A stretch of DNA of 64,000 nt, taken from the human T2T-CHM13v2.0 reference genome, Homo sapiens. The notes under the pieces were generated by a model, which did not search any database, was not told where the DNA came from, and saw only the letters and a list, made by a program, of their open reading frames with translations. Both the position numbers and the translations under genes were made by a program. Within the stretch, counting starts at the first letter, position 1; each line of letters begins with the position of its first letter. Positions 57,392 through 64,000 of the stretch are shown here, piece after piece. The stretch lies in assembly GCF_009914755.1 (NCBI RefSeq), contig NC_060925.1; one strand, given 5' to 3'.

Positions 57392-60300
57392 TGATACACA
57401 CCCCTTCACCTCCCTTCATTTTACCACAATACTGGTAGTGTGGCCAAAAGGAATGATGGGGAACACATAAGCCCAGAACATGGCAGCCAGGTGACACAAC
57501 TATGGGGGTAAGGGTGCCATTCATGGATGCCAAGTGATGGCTGCCTCTCAACACTGAGCCTGATGAAGAGTCAAGACTACCTGGAAATCGCCACAGGTGA
57601 GCCCACGGAAGGTGTGTGCTTCTCTGAACAGGATTGAGAAGCTCACTGGGCCAAAGATATAGCAGGAGAAGGAGAAACAGAAAGTGGAGCCTTGGGAGAG
57701 GGAAAGTCCTTTGCTCCTAGGCCATAAGAGAGGGGGAGGATTTTCTGTCACAGTCCTGTGGGAGGACCTAGGTGGCAGCTGCCCTGGCGTAGGGGAACTG
57801 CATATCCTGTCTTATAGATATAAAGAGAAGTGCTCCTGGAGCCAGCGTGGGGCTTTGTATGCCAGCAATCAAAGTTTATCACTCAGGCAAACAAGCCAGA
57901 GGAAAAGAGCTGACAAATGGCTAGCATTTCCCCCGCTTTCTTCTCCAGGAAGACGTTTTGGTCTTGGTTTCCCTCTGGGTTTTTCCTCTCTCTGATCTCT
58001 CTTGCCCTCACGCAGTGTTCCCTGCCCAGGCATTACATAACAGCCTGGACTGCAGGGAACACCTATACAAGAGGCCATGACAGTTAGACAATGGGCAGGC
58101 ACAGGCTGCCCTGAGAAAATGGAGTCATTCATGAGCTGTGTGAGAGGCGGCTCTGTTCCCAGCTTGGCTCACTGGTAAATGAAGTGCGCTGGGGACAAAG
58201 AGGGAAACTTTACACTCTAGCAATTTTCCCACAGTGGCAGGCTCACAGAAAAACAAGGCACTAGTTGGCTTAGAGGAGAAAAGGCAACCATATCCATAGA
58301 CTTTGCTTTCTCCCCCAGATTGCCGTCTTGTGCCAAAACCACAGAATAAACTCCCAGGGAGGGAACAGCAAGGCTATACTCGCTCTGGGTCTCAAACGAC
58401 AGAAGCCAGAGAAAAGATGTGGGTCTGCCTTCGGCTTCTGTTTCCATGGCTGCTTGATGGGTTTTCATTTCTGATCAGCTCACATTTGACCTCTGATCTA
58501 GGTCACCACCTTAGAGGGAAGGAATGTTTTCAGTCGAGATGATCATCCTGAGATAAATAATAACGGCTCCCCCTATCGCAGCTGCTCAGCAGGGTCGGGG
58601 AGCACCTTCCTCTAACACAGCCGGCTGGCTCGCCTGATCTTAGGGGCTCTTCAGCCCACACTGCTTAGGGCTGTGTGTGGAGTCACACCTGGAGAATACT
58701 TTGCTGTGGGGCCCAGGGCCTCTTTGGGTGGGAATCTATGCTGCAGCTGCAGGTATAGTGCTGTCCTATAGACCATAAGGTGCTAAAAATTTAACCAAAA
58801 AGTTATTGAGTGTCTTATAGTGGGTGTTTTATATAAGACTAAATTTTATGTCAAGAAAATACCAAGGTTATTACAAATAATCTTATATGTTAAAAACAAT
58901 TACCAAATCCCAGCAATGACCTACTTACCTATTTAAAGAAATACCAAGCTCTTATCCAACTTACCTATTTAGGGACTTCTGGAGTCCATTACAGAGCTAC
59001 TCAACCCACGGCAGTAATCCTCCCTCTGAGAATACTACTGTAATCCTCAAGTGCAGAGTAGAGACTACTGTGCGGTAAGTATTATAAGGTATTAAGATAC
59101 CTCTTTATCCACCCTGGAATCTTGCCTTCCTCCCCAGTCCTAGAGAGACCCACAGGATAATGAGGGAAGGGAATTAGGTGGTATAAAATGTTTCCTAAAT
59201 GATAAATGGACGCCAATGCCATCCAGCCTGGAAATACATGTACATGTAAAATGGACCTGGGTTTGCCAGCTCAGCCTCATACAGGAAGACTCTATCCTTC
59301 TGAGCACCAAGCCTACAACATGAGTAAATGCCGGTTGCTTAGGAATACAGAGGTTAAATGCTCTGGGTCAGACAGATGGGCCTGGATCCTAATTTCAAAA
59401 CTTAGTAGCTGTGTGACCTCAAAGGAGTTGCTTCACTTTTGCTGCCTCCACTGTATTGTCATAGTGGTCACAATATTTAGGAAGGTGGGCTAGGACAGAC
59501 CAAGCATCTCTCCTGGGAGTGCTGAAGGAAGTGGACACCAGGGCGACCCCCTCTCTGGGGCCATTCTTAGCCAAGAGTCCCTGCCCACAGCACTGAATAC
59601 CCTCATGAGACCAGTGGCCATTTTTTGAGGAGAATCCCCATTAACCTGGGAAAACTTCACAACAGACCAACATCATTTCCTGCATTGGGGCTTGGAAACC
59701 ACTGCATGAAATAATTTATCTGTTACTGTTTAATCCTATACTGGCTTTAGTTATATTATTTATAGAGACACCTTTAAAGTTTTCTCCTTTATGCATCAGG
59801 TGTAGCTAGGCAACGTTCGCTACATCTACGTGCCTCCCCTAACTGTTTCCACTTCAGCATTTGAGGGAAGAATCAAAAGCCCTTGGGCTTGGAGATGCTC
59901 AGAGAATAGGCACGAGGCAATATTTTCTGAGCTCTCACCACATCCCGGGTACCATGCTAGACTTGTGTACCTATGGTACTCCCAACAGAGTGAGGCAGAG
60001 AGGTGATGCAGTGGGTTAGAGCCTAAGGATGGAGACTGGAAACCTATGGGAGCATGTGCTAACCAGGGTGGTGGTGACCAGAGAAGGCTTTCCAGAGGAA
60101 GAGATAGCCAAGCTGAGTCTTGATGAATAGCCAGGTGCAGGTGTGGTGGTGCACCCAGGCAGAAGGAGTACAGCAAGAAAGGACTTGGCCAGCCCAGAGA
60201 GCCTGCCTGTCTGATGTGTTGCAGTAGATCCACAGAGCTGCAGAATTGGAAGAGGTGGTGAGGGAGGAGGGGGAGAATAGGAAGGCAGGAGCCAGGTCTC

Positions 60301-60449
60301 CATAACGCTCCTAATTCCCTCTGGGACATCATCTGTCCCTCAACAATGCCTCTAATAGAGATATCTGCTGCTCTAAACATTTACTGATGCCTTAATCTTT
60401 CAAGCAGAATGGTAAAGAAGAAAAAGCCTGTGGGTACCTCCTCGCATGT

Positions 60450-60663
60450 GTTGTTTGTTTATTGTGAGACAAGGTCTCACTCTGTCACCCAGGCTGGAGT
60501 GCAGTGGCACCATCACGGCTCACTGCAGCCTTGACCTCCTGAACTCAAGCAATCCTCCTACCTCAGCCTCCTGAGTAGCTGGGACTACAGGCATGCACCA
60601 CCACACCCAGCTAATTTTTGTATTTTTTGTGGAGATGGGGTCTTACCATGTTGCCCAGGCTGG
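60450..60663 (-). mobile_element. Partial AluJ
   Basis: catcacggctcactgcagccttgacctcctgaactcaagcaatcctcc (J-type); truncated in the left arm. Confidence 0.9.
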
Positions 60664-60899
60664 GATTCCTCACATGTTTTCACATAAGTAGTCCCTATAC
60701 TTGCCTTGTTCTTTCCAATTGAAGAGAATTCTTCAGGCAATTAATTTTATGCTTCCACAACGATGTCTCTTCTCCCCACTGCTCTTTGAAGCTGATCTTT
60801 GTTGGAAAAATTATTTTTCATCAAATTGATCTAGATTATTCATTGACTAGCTTGTTGACCATAGTTGCTTCTCAAAAAAAGCTCACCTGTTAAGCTTAA

Positions 60900-61120
60900 C
60901 AATAGGTACCAGTATTGAACTAGTATTATATGCCTGGCATGATGCTGGGTGCTTCTGAAACATTTTCATTCAATACGCATAGCAAATTAATGAGGAAGAC
61001 ACTATGATCATTTCCCCTTACAGATGAGAAAAATAAAGCTTGATAAAATAACAGCTTATACGTGACAGAACTGGATTTTAATCTATTTGATTCCAAAATC
61101 ACCACTCTTAGCCAATTCAC
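60900..61120 (-). mobile_element. MIR
   Basis: cccttacagatgagaaaaataaagct...ctcttagcca. Confidence 0.65.
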
Positions 61121-61377
61121 TCCACTGCTATTATAAATTGTTTTTGAGAACAACTTAAAAGAAAGACATGTGGCTGTTGCTGCATGATGGACAACCAAGT
61201 TTTTTGACCAGAAAACATTTTGCCCCTTGCAGAAAGAACTCGGGAAAGCAGCAGGCAGTCTGGAATGGCAATGGGAAGATCCAAAGGCAGCAAAGGCTTC
61301 TCTCCGCCATGTGAAAGGCCTGAGTTTAGATACTTCAGGGAAGTTTTAATGCCAACCTTCTGTAAAATCCCCATTCT

Positions 61378-61550
61378 CTAATGTGTGGCTTTAATTAACA
61401 ATCATGTATCAATATTTGTTAATCATAACAAATGTACCATACTCCTGTGAGATGTTATCAACAGGAAAAATTGAAGGAGAGGTGCATGGAGCTCTGTACT
61501 ATCCTTGCAATTTTTCTGTAAATCTAAAACTGTTGTAAAAAATAAAGTCA
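61378..61550 (+). mobile_element. L1MC/MD 3' end fragment
   Basis: atgtatcaatatt...aacaaatgtacca...ctctgtactatccttgcaatttttctgtaaatctaaaact. Confidence 0.75.
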
Positions 61551-62404
61551 GGGGAGGAGCAAAAAGAAAAAACGTTTATTTTTTATTGAAAAGAAAAACC
61601 CTCATTCTCCACAGCCACATCCATATTTCAGAATTGTTCTTAGAAACTTCCAGAAACAATTCATTTACTGTATATAACATTATGGCCTAGATTAAACTGA
61701 TCAGTAATTATTAATGCTTAACGTTAGTGCGGAAGCTCAAAAATTATATACTAGAGTGTTTGTGTAACTCTAAATCTTAAGATACATGTCAGTGATACCC
61801 AAAGCTTCTTTTTTTTTTTATTTTATAGAGAAAACATAATTGACAAAATGGTCACATACTTTTTAAACTTTGTTTTCGACATCTTTGGGAATTGTAACCA
61901 TTGAACCCCATGTTCCTGATTCAAGCTCCTCTGTGCATCTCTTAAGAGTTGTTGAATTGAAGTCATAATGCCTGGGATGGAAGAAAAGGCTTCCAAGGGG
62001 CTGATCTCACAAATCAGCGGATAGGCTGACCAGTCTTTTTACTCTGTTTGTTCTCAGGCATGTGAAAGCGTTCTCTGGTCCTAAACATCCTGTTCTAGTT
62101 GTGCCCCATTTGTTGAGGGGTTGAGGGTGGCATTGATGCAGTCTCCATGCTTTAACTAGGCTGCTATTACCTATTACCTGCCTGCCTCAGCTTCCAACTA
62201 CCACCCAGGTTAAGAGGGCATGTCTGATGAAGAAACCACCTCCCTTAGTCAAGATGATTCAACTTCATTCTACTCTCATCCCCTTTCTCCAGGTGGAAAT
62301 CTGAGGGTCTGAGGAGGAGACAGAGAGAGAAAGGGGACGCAAAAAGGCTCAATTCTCAGGCTTCTGTCCCAACAACATCAGTATTATCTTCATAAATTTA
62401 AAAA

Positions 62405-62485
62405 ATATATAGCTTTATATTATATATAAAGTCATATATATAACTATATATAACTATAACTATATATATAACTATATATATATAA
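62405..62485. repeat. (TA)n / TATATAAC AT-rich microsatellite
   Basis: Directly visible. Confidence 0.9.
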
Positions 62486-63133
62486 AACAATGTAGAAAGA
62501 CTGGTCAACGTGAGTTTCATTATTATCCAGAAAGCCAGCAGGAGTTGGATGAGCTCATTCACAGAGACCACTGGGTTTTAGGAGCAGGGATTTTTATCCC
62601 TCTGGACTGGGAGAGTTGGGAAAAATGAAAGGATCCAAGCTTTACCAAATTCAGACTCACATTTTAGTTCCCAGCCAAAGGTCATGTTGAAGCACAGTGA
62701 GAAGCAGTTTCCCTGAGGAAGGGGGTTGGACTTGGAGGTTGGTTCCCCTATTTAGATTCAGACAATGGGAGGGAAGTTTATTACTTTTACAGCATGGTGA
62801 CAATGCAATGCTTGGTAAAAAACAGTTCTCAGGACATTTAGAATTTGTTCTCTTTCCCTGCCATGTGCTTATGGGATGCTCCCATAAATCCCTTCTCTTA
62901 TCTGGATACAGGGACCTATTGACTAGTCCTGCTAGGGATTGGGATCTGGAAAAAGCAATTTTTTTCTTTGGTTTGTGCATTTTTAAAATGCCTGTGCAAG
63001 GACTAAGAACCTGCTATTCATATTCCCAGGAAAAGATAACTGTATCAATTACTAGATACGGCACCTTGGTCATCAAGAGTGAGTCCAACGACTAGCAGGT
63101 GTCTTGGTTTGTGAGGCGCCCCCTCCAGCATTA

Positions 63134-63475
<342 letters not shown>

Positions 63476-64000
63476 CTAATGCCTCACTCCTGGGTCGATC
63501 TCACCAAATAGCAAAGGGTTTCCTGTTCACCCTTTCCATACTGGAACAAGTGAGAGGTGGAGGATGGTGAATCATTTTCCAAAGCCAGAATTGGCCCTCT
63601 TGGAATCTTTGTGCATTTCTGATGGAATGTAGGAAAATTAAGGGAAATCGGGAGGCTCCAGGGATTTAGCATGGTTTGGGCCACAGCACAAGGTCCCATA
63701 GGCTCTGAAAGACTAAGCTATAGCTCCAATACAGGCGTTATCTGACTCCAAAGTTCAGGCCTCTTCTACTTGAGATCTGAGTCCCTCACACTGGAGCATG
63801 GTCAGTTAAGGCTGCAAAAGGGAGAGAGTAATGGAGGTCAGCGTTGAATAGATACGAATATAAACTCTTGGGCACTGTTAACGCCAAACAGCCTGACATC
63901 TTACTTCAGATATAACTGTAACAGTGTCCAAAATCCAATATTAGCATTTAAAACTTGTAGCACACTTATTGTGGAGTCATTGAGTGATGCAGAAAGAAAA

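Overview
Primate genomic DNA, human or very close to it: it carries AluY/S/J, L1PA, L1PB, L1M, MIR, L2, CR1, Tigger/Charlie and MLT/LTR33 repeats. The only protein-coding gene I can support is ZNF648 on the minus strand (human 1q25.3 from memory), a KRAB-less C2H2 zinc-finger transcription factor. Its CDS starts at ATG 1376 and runs off the left edge after six complete fingers and part of a seventh; the supplied ORF track misses it because there is no stop codon in the window. Its coding exon begins at 1439 (acceptor), a non-coding exon ends at a donor at 4936, and a second candidate upstream exon ends at a strong donor at 12801 beside a ~430-bp polypurine/G-run tract. The remaining ~50 kb is repeat-rich upstream/intergenic sequence. 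The most notable unexplained structure is a 109-bp, 91%-identical, gap-free inverted repeat (32666-32774 and 33206-33314, 431-bp spacer) that I do not recognise as any repeat family. Also notable are a ~4-kb fragmented CR1/L3 fossil with readable RT motifs, several GATA/AP-1/ETS/MYB motif clusters that fit erythroid regulation, a candidate extended CTCF site, and several structurally odd Alu insertions. I found no rRNA, tRNA, CRISPR or prokaryotic features. Repeat subfamily calls come from recalled consensus sequences, and boundaries of old elements are approximate.
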